A stretch of 60,477 nucleotides of DNA, the filler included, from Sphacelaria rigidula (taxonomy: Eukaryota), in the NCBI GenBank assembly GCA_964200075.2. It is 5 parts of 5 records of this genome, joined end to end, with 100 filler letters (N's around TTAATTAATTAA, not from the genome) between each part and the next. Parts side by side here need not be neighbours in the genome. Positions count along the whole stretch, not along the records: positions 48,465 to 60,477 come from CAXNAA020004229.1; 4 more parts are not named here. One strand, 5' to 3'. Position numbers and translations under genes: made by a program. A model generated the notes under the pieces. The model saw only the letters and a list, made by a program, of their open reading frames with translations. It was not told where the DNA came from and searched no databases. Numbering within the stretch: position 1 is the stretch's first letter; every line of letters starts with the position of its first letter. Shown piece after piece: positions 49,661 to 60,477 of the stretch.

Positions 49661-50110
49661 AAATACCCAGTTATCTTACCCAAATATTCAAAAGTAGATA
49701 CCCTACCCGACCTACCTACCCTTGGTAGGATGATACTTGCAGGCGTAAATTGACTGGATGTACTTTGGCGCTTAGCTTGGCGTTCTCAAAAACTGGACCG
49801 TTTAGCCCAAAGGCGTGCGGTGGTTGCTGTGGTGGAGGCCATCAATATTGTCATCAACGGCCAACGTTTATACCCGCCCCCACTACCAGTATGCTTTGTC
49901 AAGCTTGCTGCCGCCCTACCCACTGCACTATCTTGCAGCAGTCTCGCGGTCTGTTTTGTGATGCGTGGGACATCAGTCGTCCGATACCCGCCGCATTCAC
50001 CCCGCACCGTAGTATACTGTACAAAAAGTGCGACAAAAAACAAGGGATTTGTTCTGCTTCAACGAAGGACGGAGAGGCTACGAAAAAACAACGCAAGACA
50101 ACACGTATTT

Positions 50111-50342
50111 TCAGTACCCCCCCGCATTAGCGGTTGGCCCCCTTTGCCTTTTTCCCGTTGCGTTGATGGTGGTAAAAGCACTGCTTCTTCTCTTTATCTT
50201 GCTAGACTTGGGCATGGCTCCGCCCAAAATGCACAGAGGAACTACGCTGGGCCGACCGTGGGCACAGCAAAAAGGCCGCTCGCAAACCGCGAGGCTTTGA
50301 ATGAGGTCGATGCATTGTGGTCGGCTCAGTATATCTCCGAAT
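50111..50342 (-). CDS. MLH3: DNA mismatch repair / meiotic endonuclease MLH3, last exon
   Basis: ccag|A TTC GGA GAT; FGDILSRPQCIDLIQSLAVCERPFCCAHGRPSVVPL is the MutL C-terminal CAHGRP motif in MLH3-type context. Confidence 0.88.
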
Positions 50343-51640
50343 CTGGAAGGAAGAGCGGCGAAAATATGAAAACAAAGTAGGAGAGAGGGGCACAAACAGA
50401 TCTTATGGGGAAACGAAAACAGGGACAATCCACGTGAGGAGTGGGGAAAAGGGGAGAGGAGCAAAGACAGACGGAGGCTACATGTGTACGGTTGGACATG
50501 CAGCAAGGGTGTGCAGTAGGGATGTTCATCATACATCAGCTCGTGTCGACGTAGCAATGGAAAAAAAATAATCAGATGAAGGATCGCGTCATTTTTGGTG
50601 TGGTGCCCCTTATACGCAATCTTGGATATTTTATTTGATGTAGGATTGATACATCGAATATACTCCAAGGCAAAAGTTGGCGCGTGACATGCATTCCTAT
50701 ACCGAGCATGTAGATGATCGACAACTTGGTGGTTGAGAAATATTTAGATATCTCCGAGCGTGAAAACGGCCATTGTGCAACAAATAAGACAGCAGAATGA
50801 GGACGAACAGTGGAATTTACACAGTCGTTTTGGATACTGTAACCATATGTACAAATATGCAGTGCATTTGTTTCATCGTGGCGGACGCCGCCGGCAAGCT
50901 ACCGGATGAGGCTTCGATGCACTTGCTGTATGGATAGTGAAGTGCGAAACCTGGAAACCCATGAGGCGTTATCAAACCACAACAAACTACCGTACACCAA
51001 AACAGGGACCGAGAACTACACATAATGGTGAGCATCGTGCCTCCATTTCATGCTGATGGTTTCCGTCGCATGTAAAGGTCATTTTCTAGCAGACACACTC
51101 TCTGTAGAAGATCCAGAGTGGTACGATACTGTTCAGTCAGTGTGTGTGTTGTCGTAGGTTCAACCCTCGCCTACCTCTGGGCAAGCCCGTACTCGCAAGG
51201 AATCCGTTTACTTCTTTACCGGTCCCAATTTTTCTCGTCATCACCGAGCATTCGATTGACACTTCAGCAGCCCGTCGAGTGCCATCGAACCATTTTTCGA
51301 ACTGATCCTCGAGACAAAATCTACGAGGGGTCATTCCCCAAACCAACAGCTAGCTAGCTGTCGGGTCCCGAAGGAAGGACTTGCTGCCTCTAGGACTAGC
51401 AAGCAGCCTGTATGCTGCACGCTACATTTATGAACCCAGGCTCTCTACAACTACAACGCCGACGCAACGCCCGCGGTATCCAGTCTCCGGAGGGAGCATA
51501 CTGTTGTCATTGGGCATCAATCGCACTCCCTAGGGGGACGAACAGAAAAACAGAGAGAAAATGACGACTAGTTATCTACTATCCAGCGCTGAAGCACGGA
51601 CGTCGAATGCTGGCACCCAAGCCTCACCAAGACTCCACAG

Positions 51641-52020
51641 GCACCGTACCGAGCGTACCCCCGGTATTTACCGGGGTTTCCCATACCGTGGTATGCGTAG
51701 GTATCGTAGGTATGACATTTGAAATACCGGATTGGGCGGGCACGGTAGGTATTGAAATACCGAAATACCGTGGTATCGCAGCTATCGTATGATATTTGGA
51801 AATACCGGATTGGGCGGGTACGGTAGGTATTGAAATACCGAAATACCGTGGTATGCGTAGGTATCGTAGGTACGAGTTTGGAAAATATCGGATTGGGCAG
51901 GTACGGTAGGTATTGAAACACCGAAATACCCTGGTATCGTAGGTATAATAGCTATGACATTTGAAAATACCGGATTGGGTCTCGGTAGGGTATAAGATGT
52001 CCCAAATACCGGTACCGGGT
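51641..52020. repeat. GGTAT/ATACC-rich tandem array (~80-bp unit), copy 1
   Basis: cggattggg recurs at ~51728, 51806, 51888 and 51971; lies in the last MLH3 intron. Confidence 0.8.
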
Positions 52021-52544
52021 ACCTGCCTCACACTCTATACCAGATTCAAAACTGCCATCTGGCAGTGAGAAGCGTTTCAGTGCCGTAGTACGCAAGAGTA
52101 GGGTTTGCCCCTCTGTGTGTAGTTGAATTTTTTCATTCAGATCACCCAGCAATTCAGTATTTACGGTATATAAATATGGACGATTATTTCATTGGTATTT
52201 TGGCACATTGTTGTGTGTATTTTGTATGCCTCCTGCGACCCCTCGTTTTTTGTTTTTCCTCATTTTCGGTTCCTTTCTGCTTGTTTGCTTGCACGTGCAA
52301 TATCGTTGCGTATGATGCTCATCTTCGACATGGAACAATGTATACCTTCAAATGATGATCTAATATTTATACCCTCACACCAAAAACATCAGAGGACATG
52401 GGAATAAATAATTCGAATTGATCCAAACACGCAATTTAGGGGGAATCTGGGTATCAATTACTTGTGAAAGCAAGACGTGCCTGCTCCGACAGCTTCTGGC
52501 CTCCGCGTGAGTTTACACCAGCTGCTGCATCGTGGACAGTGTAT

Positions 52545-52880
52545 CGCGTTCGGTAAATACCAGGTATACCCCCGGTATTTACCGGGGTATCCCATACCGT
52601 GGTATGCGTAGGTCTCGTAGGTATGAGTTTTAAAAATACCGGATTGGGCGGGTATGGTAGGTATTGAAATCTCGAAATACCCTGGTATCGCAGGTATCGT
52701 GGGTATGACATTTGGAAATACCGGATTGGGCGGGTACGGTAGGTATTGAAATCTCGAAATACCGTGATATCGTAGGTATCGTAGGTATCATAGGTATGAC
52801 ATTTGAAAATACCGGATTGGACCGGTATCGGTAGGGTATGAGATGTTCCAAATACCAGTCACAGATACCTACCTTACCTA
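52545..52880. repeat. GGTAT/ATACC-rich tandem array, copy 2
   Basis: Same leader (tacccccggtatttaccgggg) and same unit as 51641-52020. Confidence 0.8.
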
Positions 52881-55601
52881 CGGTGCCTGTGCAAGACTCT
52901 AACTGGCCAAATCCAGAACTAGTCAACCCTTGGCACGGAACGTGCCATCACCTATCCCCACGTGTGATATGCATGATTTGAAGTAACCTGAGGGCAATGC
53001 TTGGGTTTTCTTCGCGGAACTTTTTTTCCGTGGTATAGTGCAGTGTATGGAACATTCCTGTGGTTCCGCATGAACGCACGAATCCCAGTATCGTACCGTA
53101 GCATAGCCTACCGCGAAACCACAACATGATAGTTTCCATTCACCAGGGGGAAAGCATCCCGAATTGCTGGTACCATTCAGTACCGTACCGCAGATCAATC
53201 GTATCACGTCGCACCGTGCGTTGAATAACGTATGTTGTACCGTGCAAATACCGTGAGAGAGCCGTACCGTACCGTTCCGTGCGATAAAAGCACCATGCGA
53301 CGATATCACGGCGGCATGAAAATAAAAACGTCAAGAGCGAAACAAAAAACGAACTGCAGGGCACTGAGCACTGCCGTAATACAGACATCTTGGCGCTTTT
53401 CGAGAGCTTCAGTCTCGTGACCGTAAAGTACTACAGAAACTACTGTAGTGTTTCTGTGACGATAGGTGACATTCTACTGACCCGTGCTGCACGAAAAAAA
53501 ATGAAACGCCGCTTCCGGGGGAAGCCCTGATTGACCGTCCTGGATACCACTACGGTGACGGTTTCGAACTGACATTTTCTTCATGTCGGTACATTTTATA
53601 TTTTCCGGTTTCCAATCCTACACTTGCCAAAATGCGGTATTTTCAGACCTGCCGGCGCACCAGGGAAAAACATGGGAAACGGCACGCATTATTAATCGCT
53701 TTGTTGTTTCCTGTGCACCCACACGAGCAGCAAGCGCAGCGGACGACGTCGGTACCGACAGCAATGATTTCAACACAGCCAACAGTGCACCGTCACTCCG
53801 TAGTCTCCTTCAAGCGTATACTCAGCATCCAAGGGTGTGCTGGGTATTTCTTAATGTGAGTAAAATCGAATTTCAAGAACTCAATTTTGGGTAGAGTGTT
53901 ACGATTCGTACCTGACGATGCCCAATATTTGGAGATGGTTCGGAGATCGGACCATCGCAACACAAAATTCGGGAGAGTAAATACGCGGGTATTTACCCCA
54001 CCCAACACATCCTTGCCAGCGTCAAAACCCAGCGACAGCTCATAAAGCACAATGCACGTCAGCAATGTACGCGAACTGCAAGCGGCGTTGAGCTGTACTA
54101 GCGGTGGTGCTTGGATGCCCTGTGGTACCCTCGTGTATGCCGCAGTCTTGACTTGGGTCAAATGAAGCTTTACGATGATATACGCATCCCTTTGAAAAAA
54201 TATATCGATGCTTGGGTACGCCGCCGCGGCGGCGAATGCTCCATCTCTCCATGGACGGTGCCATTGACAGCACAACGAACAGCTAAGTTCTTGCACTATG
54301 GTACATGCGACGTCAAACACCACCAGTGTACTCGCCGTGAAAAGCTTAGACAACTTCCGGCAAGCAGGGATTGGTGTGCAGACACTCAAATGCTTCACAC
54401 TCAAATGCTTCGTAGCACGCATGCCGCTTTTTTTATAAACGATGAAGCATGAACCGATTCTTGACTGTTGACATAACTGATGGTGCGGCCATTATGGATG
54501 GGGAGCACAATACAGCCCTCATTAGCTCGCTTAAATATGACCAAAGGTCGCAGCGTGTACACCAGAGCGTGCTTCGGGGCGCTTCGTAAGTTCGGAGCGT
54601 GGGGCACTCGGTTACATTGCCATTTGCTACCGTGCACTGTGCCTAAAGTACTAAAGAGCACTACAGCAGGGGGCTTTCCAACTCCGCATGCTACGGTGTA
54701 TGGCGTGACCGTGCTAAGGATCACACGGAAACATTAATCGCTGCACTCGGGAACAGGGGACACTGTAACTGGCGATTCGAAGAATGAGACTTTAAACATA
54801 CCGCAACCGATGATATTTTCACACGAATGCAATTGGACACACTTCACCCGGAGAGTGCTGCTATTGGATGAAATTGCCCCGACCACAGCGGGGTGGGTTG
54901 CCTGCTTTCCGTGCGCTTTCACATGGTTGCAGGTGTTTCACTCGTTCTTTAACAAACGTGTGCGCCGATGAAAAACGAAGCATCTCGTCACGAGATGGGA
55001 GGGGGTGGTTCCATGAGAATAACCCCCCCCCCCCCGACCACGAACAGCGTGGAATTTCTGCAGTAGCCATATACAAAATTCAACACATGATGTGGGGCAT
55101 TGGCGTACATGAACTCATATGAACTGCTTGCGCGCGCTCACAGGATCAGCAGGGATGAAACTCGTGACCAACGAAGTGTGCGCGTGGATTAGACCATCAT
55201 CCGAGTTTTTTTTTAACTGTTTCTACATGTACGATGAATACTTGGATAACCCACACTTGCAGCGTACCAATTTCTGCAATGTTGGCTCACCGGCGTTGAC
55301 ACATATCACATAGAACGTATGATAACGTCGTCGTTCTACTGTAGAATTCCGTGGTGAGCATGTGTACCACCCCCCTAGCACACGAAACGCGTACAGCCAG
55401 AAAATCGTACTTGTTCCTGCCGACTACATGGACACAAGAGTACCGATCGTTTCACGTAAAAAGTGCCCCGAAAAGATTCACCTAACGCTGGTATATTGAT
55501 TGTTCTGTTTTGTTCTGTCAGGTCGTGAATGCTAGGATCGTGAGTGCTACAAGAGTCCTTTCACAAGCTCCGCAGTCCGAGGGCCGTGCAAGTTTCACTA
55601 C

Positions 55602-55723
55602 CTGATGGCGGAGTGACAGGCCTTGTAGTTGAGGATGTGTTGCACCTGCGGTGGCCTCAGCCACTTTCCAGATGCACCGGGCAGCACGCTTTCTCGCAAG
55701 TGGTGTAGAAAGCCCAACAGATC
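55602..55723 (-). CDS. MLH3: MLH3, penultimate exon
   Basis: DLLGFLHHLRES...PPQVQHILNYKACHSAI(R); the phase-2 donor joins the last exon to give ACHSAIRFGD. Confidence 0.88.
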
Positions 55724-56612
55724 CTGAAAGAAGAAACCGTCGAAATTGCGGCGAGCGGGCACTCTTAAAAAAAAAAATCGAAGTCTTTCACATCTCTCTT
55801 TCGTTCCTTCAATTTTGCTTTTCGTTTCCAGCTTACTGTTCCTTGTTCTCTCCTCTCATTTCCATATTTCCCCGTCATGGAATTGTTTAAGCCAGTGTTT
55901 CAGCGGGTATTCACGTTGAGTACGCCCATTTTGTGACCACGACAAGATGGTCTAAGTGTGCGACAATCAATCAACCATCCACTCCATCAATCAACAGAAG
56001 GATCTGGAAAGCAATAGTATGTACACAATGGGCGGTGGGCGCGTGTGAGCGTGTAAGCGCAGTACAAACAGTGCGGTATATCACAGTACCAGAAAGACAG
56101 AAAAAAAAAACGGCATCCCGACAAACACCGGTGTGCAAGGGTTGGAAATAAAACATACTGGAACCGAAATACGCTGCATGAAGAATGGAGACCAAAATGT
56201 GCCTCATTTCAAAACACCTGACTAAAAGCTTTGGGAAAACGGCAAGAACTGCTTCAACACACAAGCTTCGTTTTGTTTTTGTGCGTCAGCATCGCTCCCC
56301 AGCAATGTGGGCGTTTGTGCGTGCGGACGTGTTTGACCGCAGCAGAATACAGGAGAGAATCAGAAGAAGAAATAAAAAACTGATACTGGGTGTGCACGTG
56401 AAAATGTAAATTCACGACGTACACAAGCCCGAAGACTAGTTTTTCAAAAGCGGTGTCAGCGGGCGCAGTACTGCACTTGGGAAGGGCAAGAGCGTATCAC
56501 AGACCTCAACTATGAGGTGAGAATCAGAACAACGTACTGGAGCCAACAGCAAGGCAATCTAGATGTCTATTTTTCTCCCAAAGAAAAAAGGAGAAAGAAA
56601 AAAGGTACCGAC

Positions 56613-56738
56613 CTGCACAGACAGCCGTACACCGCACACAGTCGGCACCGACAGGACTGTGACGACCGGCGTCCCCTCCGCGCTGTGACCGACATCATCT
56701 TGACGTACTCGGAACTCAAAATGCCAAGACGACAGCAC
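56613..56738 (-). CDS. MLH3: MLH3, third exon from the end
   Basis: cag|VLSSWHFEF...VTVLSVPTVCGVRLSVQ|gtcggt; 126 nt, phase 0-0; fits the MutL_C regulatory subdomain. Confidence 0.7.
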
Positions 56739-57329
56739 CTGTGCAAAGCATGAGTTTAGCGCGCAATTGAAAATGTCGAACGATATGTTTGGTCTGCCTT
56801 TTTGAATAAGAAGGGTAAGGGAGATGAGCGTGAAGGAGAGGATATTTTCATACCTAGAATGCCGTCGCTTTGGGGACGTAAAGTTGACGCTCGTTCTTAC
56901 CATCAAAGATCTAGCAATATCCTGACTGGAAGCTACGCAAGTAAATAAGGTTACGGAGCAGGTACCTGGGGCGATAAAATACCTCGTCTCGACTTTTTTG
57001 AAGAAGTGCGGCGCCCACGCCGCCGAAAGCTGTCTCCGTTAGATATTTCTCATTGAGACCTTTCGGTAAATAGCGCAGCTCGAGGCCATGATTACAGAGC
57101 AGTGAGGATAGGAAAAACCAAGCGAGGCTTCCTGATCATGATATGCCCCACAATCCACGATATCCCCTCACGCTATTCAAACCCTGGTTGGAATTTGCCT
57201 TCTCCACAAAGGATAACCCTGCCCGCAAGTTGCGAAGGACTGTCAAGGGTAGATCCGTGTTTCAGGGTATCCAAGATATCCAGCCGTAGCCTGTACTCAA
57301 AACTAATCTGACATCTTTGAAGGATGCGG

Positions 57330-58144
57330 CAATGTTTGGGGGGGCGAACACCATGATTAATCTGAAGCAGAAAACACATACACTACAGACAAGCCATAAC
57401 GGAATCCGCTGCCTAGCGCAAGACATGAAGGCGTTCGGTATCGAATGGCAGGAGTGGACTACCAGAGCCTTAAATGCAGTAGAGTGGCACAGCTGTGTTG
57501 AACAGGAAGTAGAAAGGTTCATGACGGACTGGTGCCAAAAGGATGATGCAGCGGCAGCGATACGGCACGCAAAAGCTGCACGCGAAGATGCACCGACAGC
57601 ACCTGGGACCGACAGTACCAACACCAACTCATCATAGGCTACGCCAGATACGGAGAGCATTGTGTTTGGTTCCCATATCTGACTTGTTCATCTCTTGTTC
57701 CTGGTGGTTTCTTGTTATCTCTTTGTTTCGTCTGTGAAACCCTCCCCCCGGAAACGCGCCTGACTCTGTCTTCTTGTCTCTTCTATTCCTTTCTTCACGT
57801 TTTATCCCTCCCCTTTTTTTTTCCAATTATTTTTTTCTGATCATGAGCTGGAGTGTTGCAATCGGCCACGTAATGCGAGACAGTCATCTTGTGTTGTGTT
57901 CGTGTGTGTGAGTTTATTTTTGTTCATGTTGTTATTACTGCTTTTGTTTGTTCTTCCTGTTGTTGTTGGTTGGTTGTTGTTGTCGCTGCATATTATCTTC
58001 TTTCCTTTCTGAGGCCGTTGCTTCTGTCTTTTTCTGTTTCTTTCCTTTATTCTCCTACTATTCTGGGGGAGGAGGGGGGTGCTACTTCAGAGCACGGGCT
58101 GAATTGTTGCAATCAGCTAATGTCAGATAACCAATCAATCAATC
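57330..58144 (+). mobile_element. 5'-truncated LINE (RTE-like) 3' end
   Basis: MFG...RCLAQDMKAFGIEWQEWTTRALNAVEWHSCVEQEVERFMTDW to the stop at 57637; T-rich 3' UTR; tail cacgggctgaattg...caatcaatcaatc. Confidence 0.7.
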
Positions 58145-59890
58145 GATCACGCTTCAGAGGATGCCCGCCACTGAAATCTCGCAACAGATCACGAGAGCTA
58201 CACAACGCTCATTCCCGCTTGCATATCTAACGGCAAACTGTGTCCCTTCAGTGTGCTATTGCCACTGCTTCAACCCATGGTGCACATACGGCTGCCGGCC
58301 AGATCTTGACTACTGAAGGCCTGTAACCAATCGCTGGTAGAGAGCATGCTGGCCACAGTATGATGAAAAATTGGAAATCTGTCGTCACGGGGAAGCCAAA
58401 CTGATTAACAAACACCGGGATAACAGGAATCTTAGCATACGTGTTCGATCATTCTCACTTCTGGTGCCTGAAGGGCTAACAGTCCTTGATTTCATTAGGT
58501 AACTTGGGGATGATCTGGGTGGTGAAGCGTACAACCATACCGTAGTGCGTGCACATCTTGTTCGCATAACCAGACGTTTCCCCATCCTGAGGCCATAAAC
58601 ACAGTGTGAAAAGAGAACGAGTCACGTTCCGATGTACCTGAGCACTTCCCGGACATCGTCAGGTATAGCTCCCTAGCAACATGTCATGCCCCATATGTTA
58701 CCATGTGATTGGTCGAGAAGGCAAGCAACCTGAACATGATCGCGAATGCCGCAGGTATTCCTGAAAATATCTACTTCTTCCCCGCAGTAGTTCCTGCAAT
58801 CCCGAGAGAGTATCTGTACGTGGCCAGAGATAGTGCCGAGATTTCGTTCGTCAATTGTGGGACGAAATCCGCGGAGGCAAAGGGCCACTTGTTCTTGCTT
58901 CATGCCGCGAACGTGTCGTAGCCCCGCAAATACGGTTTTTACGAGATTTCGATTTAACACTGTTTTTTTCAACAATGAAGTCTACACACGTAAGGAGGCA
59001 GCAGAAACGGCTCTTCGTCGCAAACGTTCGGTTCTCTGCAAAGTTGCCCAGTATTTTTCCTTATTCTGGACTCCGAAAAATGTTCTGCTGCCTCTTTATC
59101 CCCGATCTCTGACCCGACTGCACGCGGAACATGAGTCATGCTTGGTGCCACTTCCGAACTGATGATATCCTGTACAGTACCGTCACCGATTCGGCGCGGA
59201 ACAGTGCTGAAATCTGGACCGTACCTTGTACTGTAGACTGTACTGAACTGGTCATGGCACTACCAGCCGGTGCTGAACAGTACAGTACTGCATTATCTGT
59301 ACGTACAGTGTCGTGCGGAGCGCGCTGACGATTATCAACAAACACGCATAGGCACACAAGTGTCTGATCACACGTCATTGGCGAGCATTACGGACAGTGG
59401 TGACCTCTTAAGGACATCAGAGCTCTAGCTTGCATCGACAAGGGCTCGTCACCAGTACAGTACGGGCCACAGTACAGCACTGCAGTGCCCATGACCATTT
59501 TCGTGCAGTACAGAGTACAGGACAGAAGTATACCAGTGACGACACTGTACAAGTTTTCATCAGGTGGGGAGTATCGCTGAACGTGACTCACCTTTCGGGT
59601 GCAGCCAGATCATGGAGATGTCGAACAAGGAGTCTTTGGAGTGATCAAGGAGGCAGTAAGAGCGGCTGTTGGCAATAATGGAGAACCAAACTTGCGCGGC
59701 AATGAGCAGGTTTTGCTGCCTTTTTTCGCCTGCGGGCTAGATTGCTCAAGTAAAGTGTTCAACCGAAATTCAGGAGGTGTCGCATGGCAAACGTTCATGG
59801 CAAACATGCAGAATATGTGAATATTCATCTCTGCGAATTTCGCCTCACAGTTGCCGAGCGAAATCCCCGTTTTCTTCCCGGCTACCTTAA

Positions 59891-60477
59891 CCCTTTTAGG
59901 ACCGGACCCCCACTAACAAAGGGTTGACCCTGTGTTCGTGAAATAATAAAAAGTATGTCTTCGAGCGACCTGCCCAATCGCGGCGAGGCGAAATTTATCG
60001 ACCAGACCCGAGCGACCAGCGCGGGGGTTGTTGTCGGGTGTGCTGCTGCCACTGCAAAGATCGTGTGGGGGCCCTATCCCTGGCCCAGATAAGCCTTCCT
60101 AGGTTTCCAAGTGAGGGTGGTCGCAGCTTGGTTTTATGGTATTACTTGCACTCAGTATATCATTCCCGAGTTTTTCCGGCATGTTTTTTGGGTCTCATTT
60201 CTATACTAAAACGTAGTAATTTACACGAACACAGGGTGGACCGGAAAAAAACGGGAAGGAGTGTACATGCCACCATGTGGTCATTTTCACGAGGCACAAA
60301 ATCCAGGTGGGCTGTGGAAAGACAAGAGGAGCTACCGCAATGAATTCTGTGTATCCCTCTGCCGATGACTTGTAGTGTGCAGTCCACATGTATGTAGTGG
60401 ACGGGGATGACAAAGCTGTATATAGGTAGCTGATTTCGGTAGCTGAGAATTGCCCAGAATGTGCAAGGGAGTATGCA
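59891..60477 (+). mobile_element. Terminal part of the piggyBac-like transposon, copy 2
   Basis: TTAA|CCCTTTTAGGACCG (TTAA at 59887-59890); homologous to the reverse complement of 12119-12700. Confidence 0.75.

Noticed and set aside
51641..52880. ~80-bp periodic repeats as a CRISPR-like or guide-RNA array
   Set aside because: The whole unit is repeated with no spacer diversity, and it is intronic
17864..56738. Protease, receptor and MLH3 as a functional gene cluster
   Set aside because: The three genes lie on different, arbitrarily concatenated contigs
58320..58360. Minus-strand GQHALYQRL as the MLH3 DQHA endonuclease motif
   Set aside because: It lacks the Asp and both Glu residues and is followed closely by a stop

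Overview
This is eukaryotic, intron- and repeat-rich DNA. The family content and intron style suggest a brown alga or other stramenopile (inference). The window is not one locus. It is five unrelated contigs of 12018, 12017, 12015, 12014 and 12013 bp, in descending size order, joined by identical 100-bp N44-TTAATTAATTAA-N44 linkers, so nothing can be inferred from neighbourhood across the linkers. Three spliced genes can be partly rebuilt by hand with GT-AG sites and consistent phases. (1) A pepsin-family (A1) aspartic protease with a Ser/Thr/Pro stalk, one transmembrane helix and a cytosolic tail (7 exons, 17864-22887, +). (2) The 3' part of a Cys-rich, ~9-TM receptor-like membrane protein (27227-34661, -, with a 6-kb intron). 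(3) The last three exons of MLH3 (50111-56738, -). The rest is transposon material: a decayed DIRS/Ngaro-type retroelement, LINE 3' ends, a tRNA-derived SINE, piggyBac-type ends, a 98-bp TTAA MITE, foldback MITEs, CAGGGG-TIR elements and minisatellites. I found no CRISPR array, rRNA or intact tRNA, and no convincing new multi-gene system. The best leads are the membrane-anchored protease, the receptor-like protein and several small, well-bounded transposon families.
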